The notes under the pieces: generated by a model | The model's database searches: none | Told to the model about the DNA's origin: nothing | What the model saw: only the letters and a program-made list of their open reading frames with translations | Part shown: one piece after another, positions 1-41,035 of the stretch | Numbering within the stretch: the first letter of the stretch is position 1 | Layout: each line of letters begins with the position of its first letter | Made by a program: the position numbers and the translations under genes | Assembly (NCBI GenBank): GCA_964035545.1 | Contig: OZ037766.1 | Location: 1,178,001-1,242,000, forward strand | Source of the DNA: Bugula neritina | Lineage: Eukaryota > Animalia > Bryozoa | DNA length: 64,000 nt | Direction: 5' to 3'

Positions 1-1273
1 ACTGGTCCTTTCCTAAAATAATTTATAATAGCATACATATAGAAAATATATGCAAATGTATAGAAGTAAGCACTACAGTTACTGTAAAAGCTGAAATAAT
101 TGAGCTATAATAATTTTCCACAACACTTGCCTTTTGCTTAGTTTACATTAAATATTCCAATCTTTTTTCTAACCAAACAAGTTTTAATTCAACATTAATT
201 TTATACGAGTAAGATATTACAAAGCAAAGTACCTTGACTCACATATAATATATAAACTGGGTCATGTAATTTACAGCGTTGATACTAGCTGCTATAATTA
301 TATAATACGTTTAAGAAAATTTGTTTGCTCACAGTCTCTTTTACAATGAAAATTAATAAAATATAGCTGAGATCATAAACATGGAATATTTTGAACCTAG
401 CTTGAGTATAATTGGTTGAAAAGCTGCAATAAAAGTTGTGTAGTCTGTTAATTAAAATTAATACAAACATGACTTAATAATTTTGAGTATATGATAAGAA
501 ATTCTAACATAATATATTGATTCTATATAATTAGGTTAACTAGAAATGAAGAGGTATGAGGTAATACTCACACTGAGTTTCTATAGACATAAACAAGTCC
601 TTTCATGCCTTCAGTCAAGTAAACATCTCCATCTTTCTGAAAATAAATTCATAGGTGAAATATTAATTTACATTTAAGGATTGTGATATTTTACATTTTC
701 CTATATTATTTTCTTTTCATTATACTATAATTCTATTATCTTGTCTGGTATTGTTTTGTGATGTTATATAATAATTTTGTATTATTATACTGCTACTATA
801 TATATTATAGGCTATATACTATGATAATAATATATTGAATACTGTATAATATATGTAATGTATAATTAGTTTATGCAATATTATATTAGCATACTTTATC
901 ATATAATATACTATTATATAGCTATTTTATATAGAATAAATCATCTTATGTAAATATACTGTTATTATATTATTTTAATTTTACAGTATATTTTATTATT
1001 ATATAATACATATAATATTTGATCATAATAAATAATTATGATAGACTATATATATATTGTATTGATTCATTAAACTAAGATACTATGGTGTGATAATACA
1101 CTTATATATGTTATAATTATAATATCATATATATTTATATTACCTCATTAAATCACAATGAATATTCTATCAATAAATATAAGTATTTGTAACATATTTA
1201 CCTGAGCTGCAGTGAACAAGATATTAACACTGAGTAGGCTGAGGATGAAAATTAAAATTGATAATTTCTTCAT
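1..1273 (-). CDS. Gene 0 (partial, continues off left edge): inverted paralog of the SRCR-EGF-ZP-FReD-ZP family; exons 1273-1202, 636-572, 12-1
   Basis: Reverse strand gives [24 protein letters not shown]|gt (signal peptide), ag|[22 protein letters not shown]|gtgagt and ag|(V)KGPV, with the same exon sizes (72, 65 nt) and phases as gene 1. Downstream domains lie outside the window and are inferred. Confidence 0.85.
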
Positions 1274-4200
1274 TTCTAAACTGAGAAGTTAAATGCTAAG
1301 AGTACCAGTTTGTACAGCAGTTAGTCTCAGAGTGATTGACTGAACTTGACTGATCATTTATATACCAGAAAGTATGTTGTCTAGGCTACATATATGTGGG
1401 CTGCAAGCAATATTAGTTTAATAGATAATAAACGAAAAAACACAAAACATTCATTCACTGTGGTGGGCACTGGTTAAGTTGTTTGGTCACAGCTATTATT
1501 AAACTATGTTTTTGATGGCTGTCAATTGTTTCATCTTTAAAAACACACAAACTGGGTATAAAGTTAGAATAATAATTACTTTTACATAATTTTCCTAGGG
1601 ATATAAGTGTAAAATCAGTTGGAAGTCAAAAATTAACAGCATAGGCTGAAAGTTTGACGTAAAACAAGATTTTGACATTAGCTGTGCCTTGTGAAAACAT
1701 TTCCATTATCAGTGTTCATCCAGTCATGGTCAAATATGTTCACACAGCAGATGAAGAATGTTGTAAACATGGAATATTCTATAGAGCTAACAACTGTATA
1801 TTTATAGCAAGATGCATTATATATAGTAGAAAAATTACAACATGATCCTAATAATATTATATACAACTCTAGTAAAGTAGACGTCAGCAAATCTTATGAT
1901 ATATTCCATATTACAAAACTTTTTACCTGTTAAAAATAGGCCAGTTTTAAGAAAATCTTCCTGACTATAATATAACTGTGTGTATAATTTGACTTGTAAA
2001 ATTTAATATTTCATCTCTATATATTTAACCTAGTAATAGAATTAGTTGTTGGCATATTACAGCACAATATATTGTTCACTGCAGCTTAGGTAACTGTATA
2101 CCAGAGTATTTCACTGATATATGATACAATATATAGTGTAATATGTAGACATTGCAGTGAAGTTTATGCAAAGCTTTTACGTTAAGCTATATCAAACAAG
2201 CTGTGCCTACAGGCATACAGCACAGTTTTATAGCTTTCTAATATAGCCACTTGCAAAGCATGTGCTAGTTGACAGGTCATGCTAGATAGCAAAATAAGTG
2301 ATTTTCTAAAATATTTTATTCTCACAAATACACTTATAATTTATATTGATTCTCACAAATATTGATTTTTTTTCTCCCGACTAATTGCAGTAATAATAAT
2401 TTAAACTTCATATTTTGCTCATTTACTATTGGAATCTATTGTTTGGCAGTCTTGGTCAGGTGTTGTTGTTTGATAATTGATGTGCTTTAATTTGGAAACA
2501 CATAAAAAATGACATTATATTATATAAGTGAGGATTAAAATGAAAAACAAACCTATAGCTCACAATATTATTATATAGAAGTACTATAATATAATAACTG
2601 CATAAAATATATTATCAAATGATGCAATTTAATAATATTATACTATATAATATTTTTTATTATTATATAATATGAAATAGTATAATACAAAATACTACAA
2701 TATAATATGTATATATCGTTAATCCATGCAGATTTTCGATTCGGGTGCAAAAACAGTGATATTTGAGAAATAATTTCTATGCAAGGTTAATTTACCATCT
2801 CGGAGCTATAATATATGTAGTATATAAATTTATATTGTAGTCATGGGGAGATAACTTTAATTTCTTACACGTCTTTCAAATATTAATAAATACTAATATT
2901 TTAGTGAACTTTACCAATCCAGCTTCTCAATATAATTTTTATGGACTTCTCACAAAATTCATTCAACAATATAGCTGATATACCTATAATACAGCATAAT
3001 TTAGACAAATAGAAAATAATATAATATTTTGCTATATATAGCTGATCATTTTTTATTTTTTTTAAAATAGATGTATGACTGTTATAAAGGAAGCTCTGGT
3101 GATGGTCCCACATAGACTTACTCAATATTGACAGGAAGCATACAAACATATTTCTAAAATAAAGAGTTTGTACTGCATGCATATGACCACATCTATCAGT
3201 GGTTCACCAAACATTTTTGTGAACAGTTCAAAATAGCCACCCTTTGGTTAACAGTGGGCTGATGACTGTCTCCTTCATTACACTGTCAACATTGTCTTAC
3301 AGTTTCTATTGCGACAGCGACTATAAACAGATGCCCTTCCTGACCTTAGAGATTGTGATATTCTTGTTTATAGTGTTTGAAGTCAACTTTATAGTCTGAA
3401 ATTATATATAATCTATAAAAAGTGGGTGTCCCTTATCACACATCACTGCTGCTTATGGAATTGTTGAGTGGGTTTGGGAATTTTTTCTTTATGTTTGATT
3501 GCCAAGTTGGTAAGAATTTCTGGTAATAATATTCTTTGCATTTTATTTATATTTTTAAAAAATAGATAAGTGTATAATATGAATAAACCATAAACATTGT
3601 GATGTGAATGATAACAAAAAATAGAATAAAATTATTATTTTCAACTTTTTAAAACTCATTCAGTAATTAACTTTAGAAAAACACAAAGTTATTGCATTGC
3701 GATAAACCTTAAATTCTCCTACTTAGCATAAGCTGTTGCAATTAGGTGATAAATATTTTGTTACGCATTAGCAAAGCCACATTGCATCAAAAACACTGAA
3801 AGCAATATATATATATATATATATAACTATGACTATAAATGCCAATGAGAGTAATATAGCTCAATCACAGCCGTTATAATAAATTATTTGCGCAGCATTC
3901 ATGTTTTTCATCAACTTTATAAAGATAAATACCTCCCTACCATTTTAAATGTATTTCTTTGACAACTTATAAAATCATATACCCTGAGACAACATGGCGC
4001 AACACATTGAATTATAAACAACAACTATAAGTGAGAATTCTACTGTGGTTAATTGTATTTATTGTACATTAATATTCTGTATAGCCAAATTCCTTTATGG
4101 AAGTGGAAAAATTTTATACAAGCTATATTATTATATATAGGCTATAATATACCTATATATAGGTAGACACATTTTCTATGCATTTTAATGGGCAAATAAT

Positions 4201-5787
4201 GGCAGAAATAACTTTGAGCTTTACGGCAGCAGCCATATTGAAATATATTTTTAATGTTTTGCATACGCACTGTTTTTAAAGCAAACGCAATTTAAACCTA
4301 AAACTTACAAGTTCCGAAATATATTTGCCCATCAAAATGCATAGAAAATGTGTCTACCTATATATAGGTATATTATAGCCTATATATAATAATATAGCTT
4401 GTATATAATTTTTCCACTTCCATAAAGGAATTTGGCTATACAGAATATTAATGTACAATACAATTAACCACAGTAGAATTCTCACTTATAGTTGTTGTTT
4501 ATAATTCAATGTGTTGCGCCATGTTGTCTCAGGTTATATGATTTTATAAGTTGTCAAAGAAATACATTTAAAATGATAGGGAGGTATTTATCTTGATAAA
4601 GTTGATTGCAATGTAGCTTTGCTAATGCGTAACAAAATATTTATCACCTAATTGCAACAGCTTATGCAGAATTTAAGGTTTATTGCAATGCAATAACTTT
4701 GTGTTTTTCTAAAGTTAATTACTGAATGAGTTTTAAAAAGTTGAAAATAATAATTTTATTCTATTTTTTGTTATCATTCACATCACAATGTTTATGGTTT
4801 ATTCATATTATACACTTATCTATTTTTAAAAATATAAATAAAATGCAAAGAATATTATTACCAGAAATTCTTACCAACTTGGCAATCAAACATAAAGAAA
4901 AAATTCCCAAACCCACTCAACAATTCCATAAGCAGCAGTGATGTGTGATAAGGGACACCCACTTTCTATAGATTATATATAATTTCAGACTATAAAGTTG
5001 ACTTCAAACACTATAAACAAGAATATCACAATCTGTAAGGTCAGGAAGGGCATCTGTTTATAGTCGCTGTCGCAATAGAAACTGTAAAACAATGTTGACA
5101 GTGTAATGAGGAAGACAGTCATCAGCCCACTGTTAACCAAAGAGTGGCTATTTTGAACTCTTCACAAGAATGTTTGGTGAACCACTGATTGATGTGGTCA
5201 TATGCAGTACAAACCTTTATTTTAAAAATATATTATGTTTGATAGAGGCTAATCTTCTTTGCATGCCTCCCGTCAATATTGAGTAGGTCTTATATGTGAA
5301 ACCATCATCAGAGCTTTTTTCAACAGTCATACATTTATTTTGAAAAATAATTGTTGTTTGAAATCCCGAAGCCCCTGTAGCGTAATTGGTGGGGGCAATT
5401 ATTTTACAATAATAAAAAAATGATCAGCTAGCAGAATATTATATTATTTTCTATTTGTCTAAATTCTGCTGTTATAAGTAAATCAGTTATATTGTTGTCT
5501 AAATTCTGCTGTTCTAGGTATATCAGGTATATTGTTGACTAAATTTTGTGAGAAAACTGAAACTAAAGTTCATAAAAATTAAATAACGATGCTGAATTGG
5601 TAAAGTTCACTAATATATTAGTATTATCAATATTCGAAAAACTTGCAAGAAATTACAGTTATCTCCCCATGAATACACTATAAACTTATACACTACATAT
5701 ATAGCTCCGAGATGGTAAATTAACTTTGCATGGAAATCCTTTCTCAAATATCACCATTGTTGCACCCATATCTAAAATCTGCATGTC

Positions 5788-5792
<5 letters not shown>

Positions 5793-5858
<66 letters not shown>
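5793..5858. repeat. (TA)n microsatellite
   Basis: Pure TA run, not expanded at the mirror position of the left arm (~2710). Confidence 0.95.
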
Positions 5859-5861
<3 letters not shown>

Positions 5862-6719
5862 GTATTACATTATGTATTATATTATTTTATATCATATTTA
5901 TTCATATTATATAATAAAAAATATATTGTGTGTAGTATATTATTAAATTGTATTATTTGATAATATATTGTAACGCATTTATTATATTATAGTACTTCCA
6001 TAATTATAAACTATTATAGACTTGTTAAATTCCATTTTAATCCTCACTTATATAATATAATGTCAGTTTTATTGTCTTTCCAAATTAAAGTACATCAATT
6101 ATCAAATAACAACACCTGACCAAGACTGCCAAACAAAAACTTCCAATAGTACATAAGAATAATGTAAAGTATAAATTATTATTGCTGCAATTAGTCAAGA
6201 AAAAAACTCAATATAAGTTATAAGCGTATTTGTGAGAATAAAATATTTTAGAAAATCACTTATTTTGCTATCTAGCATGACCTGTCAACTAGCACATGCT
6301 TTGCAAGTGGCTATATTAGAAAGCTAGGACTGTGCTGTATGCCTGTAGGCACAGCTTGTTTAATATAGCCTAATGTAAAAGCTTTGCATAAACTCCACTG
6401 CAATGTCTACATATTATACTATATATTGTATCATATATCAGTGAAATACTCTGGTATACTGTTATACCTTAGCTGCAGTTAGCAATATATTATGCTATAA
6501 TATGCCAACAACTAATTATATTACTAGCTTAATATAAAGATAAAATATTAAATTTTACGAGTCAAATTATACACACATCGAGTCAGGAGGATTTTTTTAA
6601 AACTGGCCTATTTTTAACGGGTAAAAGGTTTTGTAATATGAAATATATCATAAGATTTGCTGGCGTCTACTTTACTAGAGTTGTATATAATATTATTAGG
6701 ATCATGTTATGACTTTTTC

Positions 6720-6819
<100 letters not shown>

Positions 6820-7145
6820 ATGTTTTTTGCTATAAATATACAGTTGTTAACTCTATACTATTCCATGTTTACAACATTCTTCATCTGCTGTGTGAACATA
6901 TTTGACCATGACTGAACACTGATAATGGAAATGTTTTCACAAGGCACAGCTATAATGTCAAAATCTAGTTTTACGTCAAACTTTCAGACAACTTAGTTAA
7001 TTTTTGACTTCTAATTTATTTTACACTTAGATCTTTAGGAAAATTATGTAAAAGTAATTATAATTCTAACTTTATACCCAGTTTGTGTGTTTTTAAACAT
7101 AAAACAATTGACAGCCATCAAAAACATAGTTTAATAATAGCTGTG

Positions 7146-7957
7146 TGTAGCAGTAGCTGGCAGCATGTTTACATGCACACTGTGTGTATGCGTGTTTCCT
7201 AGTCAATCGTCATAACATATTAATAGCCCCTAAACAAAACAATAAATTCTTACAACTGCGCAGCAAAAGCCACAATCAATGAATCAAGTGTATTGCAAAA
7301 GCCTAAGACAACAACTCTGCCAGAATATTTCTGTTCCCTTATTTGGAATTACCTGGGGCTGGTGGTGCAATTTGGGTGACCAATGGGATCTGGAACACAT
7401 CATTTTGTTTATTTGTTGTTTGTGTATTATTCTGCTGCTGTTGGAAAGCATTGGTTATCCTGATCAGTTTCAATTAGTAGAGCCAAAGAGCAAGTTATAC
7501 TACTTATAATTTTACATTAAACAAGATATATATTACTATCTATTGAAACCTAAGAGCAGAAGCTGTATTATCAAGTTATCAGAGAAGTGCTAAAGGTTTG
7601 TCTGCTATTAATTTTTCTATCATTTATTGTCTTAATGCTGTAATATCGATACATTTAGCTTATATTATATGAAATGGTTTATAGCTGACATTATTTTTAA
7701 TGAATTATTATGCAGTAATATTTTGCTTACTTTAATAATTTTTATGTGTGTTATTTCCTTACAGTTCTTATATTCTTGTACTTTATTTAGCCTTATATTG
7801 TGTGTATTTTATTTAGATTTCACGGTGTAGCTTTGTGAGCAAAAGTGTTATAAGTTGGAATAAAATACTAATAACTACACTCACAAGACATCAGTTGAAT
7901 TCCTAAACCTACTCTGATAAGCTTGCGGTTACTAGCAGACCTAACAAAACTGCTACA
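7146..7957. mobile_element. 812-bp insertion, probable solo LTR
   Basis: Termini TGTAGCAGT...ACTGCTACA (TG..CA, 9-bp inverted), 5-bp TSD CTGTG (7141-7145 and 7958-7962), empty site in the mirror arm (~1488-1492), AATAAA at 7859-7864, no coding capacity. Confidence 0.85.
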
Positions 7958-8087
7958 CTGTGACCAAAAAACTTAACCAGTGCCTATACCACAGTGAATG
8001 AATGTTTTGTGTTCTTTCATTAATTATCTATTAAACTATTATTGGTTGCAGCCCACATATATGTAGACTAGACGACATACTTTCTGG

Positions 8088-8123
8088 TATATAAATGATC
8101 AGTCAAGGTCAGTCACTCACTCT
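8088..8123 (+). promoter_or_regulatory. Putative core promoter of gene 1 (TATA + Inr)
   Basis: TATATAAA at 8088-8095 and Inr-like TCACTCT at 8117-8123 (A at +31 from the TATA start), ~60 nt before the ATG. The TATA is conserved in mirror form upstream of gene 0 (~1357-1364). Confidence 0.55.
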
Positions 8124-8178
8124 GAGACTAGCTGCTGTACAAACTGGTACTCTTAGCATTTAACTTCTCAGTTTAGAA

Positions 8179-16202
<8,024 letters not shown>

Positions 16203-18762
16203 AGAAGCAAATCTGCAGACCTACAATTTCAAAGGAAACTTCAGTCCTGGCTTTCACTTTTTGAGCTTGCAGGACTTTTATTCATTAATGCTTCTTATCT
16301 GTTGAAAGTTCATCCAAACTTGTACCTTAATATATTATGGTTTATTATATCTGTCTTATATAGCTATTCAGAAATATTGATGTTACTCAAACTTTATATC
16401 TTAAAACTGTGGTTACATTGTCTTGTTACTCAGCATTTTTAACATATAATACACTTTTACTCTTCTTTGGTCTAATAATTTCCTTCACTATGAGTATATA
16501 ATAAAATACCTGTTAAATTGCAAAAAGCGTGGTGTGTACAAATAATTCAGAATTAAAAAAAAATCATTACTTTGCATTTTCATGAAATCCAATACAGAAA
16601 AAAGTTATAGAAAAAATTAAGATTATTCATTTTGCTGCCGCCACAATAGAACACAAGTTTTTATTCAGCTTATAATCATTTTGGTAGGTTTTCTTTGTTA
16701 CACACTGTATATCATTCCTTTTATCAATAATTAATTAATTGTCTCACCAATTTGATTTTAAATAGTAGTGTATAGTGTATAAGAGAAGATTTAATACCAA
16801 ATATTATCTATGTCAACTTTAAAACCGAGTACCAAGAACTATGTCATCGTATGTTTCATAACTTTCTGGAGACAACTGCACTTTGTGGTACCAGATCCCT
16901 TAGCTTGTAAGATAATCTTTGTCCTTCGCTGTGGTTAACCTGCCCATACTATTTTATAAGCCAAGTTATATTCTACTGTAGGCTAAGAAATCTGCAGGTA
17001 ACTTGTTGTGAAAATAGTTCAATTCAGCATAATTGGCTGTTCAAATACACTTCAAGGAGTTTTCTTCTCTTATTATTCACTTCTAAGCTTGTCATTGAAA
17101 CTAAATACAGATCTTGAGTTTGAATTATCTGCACCTGTCACTATGTCACAGTTGATAAATAAGTTGTGTACAGTACAAGAGTAAACACTACTCTAATATT
17201 GTTCATAATGCCTGGACACAATAACTGACTATATATAGTAGAAACCAAAGATAATTATGTGTAATGTATTGAAACTATATATATACCTGTATATACCCTT
17301 CTCTCTGGTATACCAGTCCACTGCAACTTTGTGTCACAAGGTGAAACATAATATTGTGATTTCATACAACATAGCTGAAAATCGTTATAATATTATTATA
17401 TTATAACCTATAATGATATGGTATGATATATAATAGTATAATAAAATTACCTTACGCAGTGCACTGAAACACTCTGTTAACCTTAGGAGTCTTTATAATT
17501 CTGATTGATTTAGTAAAAAAGCTACAAACATAATAATTAGGATACGTACTACAAGCTACATGCACTATAATAATGATACCTGCTACAAGCTACATGCACT
17601 ATTATGAAGTTTTCACTTCACATTTTGCCAGTTGAGTAAATTACTAGGCCAGAGAGGCTCACGGGTTGTATTTCATCTTTATTTTCATTCTATAGCAGAC
17701 CAACCTTTCTTATATGACCAAGCGTGAAACCTATAAAGCAATGTTAACTATAATAATATAATAAATGATCAACTGACAGTAATGCAAAAACATAAACACA
17801 AGAAATTATGTCATTGCTCATTAAAACTATAACATTATCAATCAACAAAAACAAAACAAAACTTGAATATAGAATACAAATTGAGTACAAAATAGCTACC
17901 TTGTAGTTGTGTTCCTGGTAAGGTACTGACTACTAAATTTCATTTACTTGCTAATTGCTATAAAAAACTATAAATAGCTATAATAGCTAACAAAAACTAG
18001 CTATACAGCTGAGTCAAGCTAGCTTTGAAATTGAGTTAGTAATTACCAAAACCAGTGGCGGAACAGACACAAACCCCTAGCCCAGGTAAAGTGCAGTCCC
18101 CAAGCCTAGCCTAGTGCAAGAAAAAAAGATACGCGCTACAAGATACATGCATTGTAACAAGCAGCTGTCACTCAGCAAATAAGGTTTGGCTTGATATACT
18201 CTAGTTACATCTACAAGCTATCAATCTTTTCGAAGCACTATAATAAAACATACTTTAAAGCTAGTCTAAGTAAATTAGGCTATTTGTAATATAATATATT
18301 ATATTATTTTAACTCATTTGACATTTTTGTGAGCATTCTAATTACTTGTAGTAGTAAATGATTGAAAGTTTTACTATACAACTTTTGATATTGAAACCAT
18401 ACATTCTCAACGTATTATAATGAATTAGCATTTTTTCAATAATCACTGCAATCTTGCATGCATGGTGGAAAATTTTGACTTATTTTATTTTAGTAGCACT
18501 TAGAATACTTTCAAAGACTTGACATTGCAACTGATAAATGCAGTGTTATATATACAAACTTTTCTAACAATCTACTCACATGCTAATTCAGAGCTTCACT
18601 GAGCTTCAGATATATTTGGTTTAGCTGACATGTTTAACTTATAGTCTATAATTGTCAATTTCAAACTAGTGTATTTAAACAAAAATTACTAGTATTTCGA
18701 AATAAATATAATAAAGGGATATTATGTCATCTCAGATAATATAATATTTTATATTATTACAG

Positions 18763-18915
18763 ACTAGATGTGTTTACTGATAAAGAGTTCAGAAACCTGT
18801 TGGAAACTGATAGTGCTATAAGTATCCATGAAGGAACCAGACTATTTGGAGAACTGGGGATTTCAACCAGCACCTCAGATCTGAGAGTTTCACCAAAAGA
18901 CTGCAAGCCGACTTC
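18763..18915 (+). pseudogene. Orphan, 3'-truncated copy of exon 17 (ZP2-C)
   Basis: Acceptor TATTATTACAG followed by [48 protein letters not shown], nearly identical to exon 17 of genes 1 and 3. Similarity breaks off about 50 nt before the donor, and no neighbouring exons were found. Confidence 0.9.
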
Positions 18916-19106
18916 AAAAATTCAAGAAATTGTTTACAATATACGACTTCATTTGATTTGGCTTGACAGATTAATATATACATTTACATGTAAATATATA
19001 TATTTATATCACCTGTGATACCTGCCAAAGTACATAACCTCGCTTCAAGCTGCACTTTCGAAATATTGAACTATAGCTGCTAATACTAACGGCGCCTCTT
19101 GGCTTC

Positions 19107-38185
<19,079 letters not shown>

Positions 38186-38850
38186 AGAAGCAAATCTGCA
38201 AACCTACTATACAGTGAATAATTCAGTCTTGGCTTTTATTTTATCAGCTTTCAGTATTCTGATCAATAATGCTTCACTATCTCACACCAAAATATTTACC
38301 TATTATGAATTTGTTGAATGTTCATTTAAACTAGTACCAAAGTGGAATTTTGTCTATTTTATAGCTGTGTTCAGAAGTGTAGATGCTACTCAGACTACAC
38401 TTATTATACAGTTTTAGTTAGATTTTATTACTGTTTGAAATTGATAAATATGGAAGCTGCTTTTAGTTCCTTATGATATACATTATTATATTATGCATAG
38501 CAAATGCATAATGAAACATTAATTAGTTTGAAAAAATTTGTTGAATGTTAGTTCAGAGTTTGGAAAAACAATAAATTGAAGCCAAACACTGAATAACTTG
38601 AAAAATAATTAAAAGCAAACATTATGTTGTATTCTATATTACCAGTTGCATCATGATGTTTTTTATCCTTTATTGAGACAGTTATCTACTCGATCTTAAT
38701 AATACAAATGAAATGCAATAAAACATCATTGTGCCAGTTTTGCTATCAGTCCTCCAAAAAAATAACTCCCAATTAAACCCACTCAAAAGTGTTTATAAAC
38801 AGCAATGCACGATATGTGATAGGAGACACCCACATTTTGTGGGTTATATA

Positions 38851-40828
38851 CAGGGATGTAGTGGTACCCATACGGTCCCATACGCCGTATGGCCTAGAAG
38901 AAAATAAACTGTTCTAGGCCATACGCCTGTATGGGCATATTTTTGAAAGATGATGATTGCACAGGATAGTTTGCGCATCCTCACTGAGAATATCATAAAT
39001 TTCGCTCACAATCTAGTTTAAGTTCTTGTTATGTTAATGCTATGTGGGTGGCGTGCGTGTTGCCTACTTGTGATTGTTTAGCCTGAGATTACACTATGAA
39101 TAATAAGAGCTATCAACATTCCACCTTATCTCTACCTGTTCACTGAAGCGCAAAGTGCTGTGCATTAGTGATTACTATGGAAAAAATCTTTCATTTTCAG
39201 TGTATATATCACTAACTTGTAGAAAATCTATGAAGGCTATTGAAAGGATCAAAAAATATGCAATGCATAAACTTCTCAGGTTTCCGACAGTGTTTGTTCT
39301 ATTCGAATACCATGCTTTCCTGCTGAGATATTTGGCAGGGATTGAAAAATAAATTTTTCAGGTGAAATTGGCCAAAAATGGGTAAAATTTTGTCTACAAC
39401 TTTGCAAAAAAATATTGAGAACTCAAAAAAGCAGGTGCTCTGAGGAACAAGAAGATCTAAAACATGGTTTTTAAATTTTGATTCTAGTACAATTAAGTGA
39501 GGTTTTATTTGGCGAGGCTGAATTCTTATAATATACCAATAATGTGGCCTCAGCAAGGCAGTGACAGTTAGAAGGTTGCCCTTATCTATCTTGTGTAGAC
39601 TTGCATTTTGTCAATAAGCGAGGTAGGTGCAGTAATGGAGAAATTTGGAAAAGCCTGTGTTCTAGATTGAAAATGTAGCAAAAGAAGTTATGTTCTCAAA
39701 AAAGTTTCAACCCTCGCCCCAAACCAAAATTTAATAATAGAGTTAAAGAACTTAGGCTGTCTCAATTTCTCCACTACTGCTCCTAAATGCAATAAGCAAT
39801 GGAATTTGGAAAAAACCAACATGAAATCCAGAAATAAAATCAAAATGACGTCTTCAAGAAACAGTACCAGGTGTGTAGGAGAGGCTAATAAAAATTTATC
39901 ACTGAGGTCTACAGGTACTATATCCACATTTTGGTCAAAAATCTAGCGTTATTGCATGTTAATTATTAATGCAATAAGGTTTTGCAAACTGTACACCACC
40001 ATAAGTAACCTTTTACGTTTGATTGTACTAACGTCTGGCTTTACATTTAATCATCTTCTAGATTAACACATATTAAACCTGTCAAATTTATTCTTTTGGA
40101 GTAAATTTCCTTGATGTATATAGTGGAAGCTCAGGGGTTTTATTTTAAAACCAAATTAACATACTCTTCTTGGGTGTGCTTTATTGTGTGTAAGGAGGTG
40201 TGGCGGTATCACCTTATGGATTAGACTAGTACTCTAATAAACTCCAAATAGGTTTTCAACCAATTTCTGCTTGCCAATGAGTTATCAATTCAAATTGCTC
40301 TTTATAAATAACCAACACACATTTTCTGATTAGCAATCTTCCTCTGTTCTGATTTATTATTCTTTTTCTGTGCACGGCAGTGTATTAGTTATTTAAGGTA
40401 ATCAGGTTGCATTTGGAGAGCACTTGTTATAACCTGCCTCTATCCTTCCATCTTTTTGAGATATTTAGCAATTTTTCTGTACAGGTTGGACTTAGTGTCA
40501 GAACAAACCTAACTGCAGTTGAGTAAGACTACATGACACTACATTACAGTCAACAGGTATGGGACAAGACTGAATATTTATAATATAGTTTGCAGCAATG
40601 CCCAGTCGTCATGTTATAACTGGTATGGTATGAAAATAATAGTGAGGTGCACATTTCAACACAGATTTTTTTCAGAAGAATTATAATTCACAATGGCTTT
40701 AAATTGCATAAATTTGCATCAGAAGCGCTCTGAGGGCTGCCCTGGACACCGCCGGGGCCTGGGCGGCCTCCTGGACCCCCGGCCTGAGAGTATGGCCTAG
40801 AATATTTTTTCCACTATATACACCCCTG
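38851..40828. mobile_element. Non-autonomous hAT-type DNA transposon, 1978 bp
   Basis: Perfect 8-bp TSD GTTATATA (38843-38850, 40829-40836). TIRs CAGGGATGTAGTGG / CCACTA(TATA)CACCCCTG, subterminal GTATGGCCTAGAA motifs at both ends and a GC-rich subterminal segment. No intact transposase. Confidence 0.85.
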
Positions 40829-40895
40829 GTTATATATATATAAACTCAGGCTATATACTTGACTTCAAGTATCTTATATTATAACAGGCATGGAA

Positions 40896-41035
40896 AGCAG
40901 CTGTAGTCTCTAGCAGCTAGAACTCTGATATGATGCACAGTGCAAGGTTTCAAATTCTAACAGGGACATTTGTGATATCAGGAAGGGCAACTTGTGGTAA
41001 CTACTATATTGTCGCAGTAGAAACTGTCAAACAGT
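40896..41035 (+). mobile_element. Degenerate SINE-like repeat
   Basis: GCAGCTGTAGTCT head and TCAGGAAGGGCA...GTCGCAGTAGAAACTGT body; the latter also occurs at ~5040-5086 and its mirror ~3298-3345. Confidence 0.45.
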
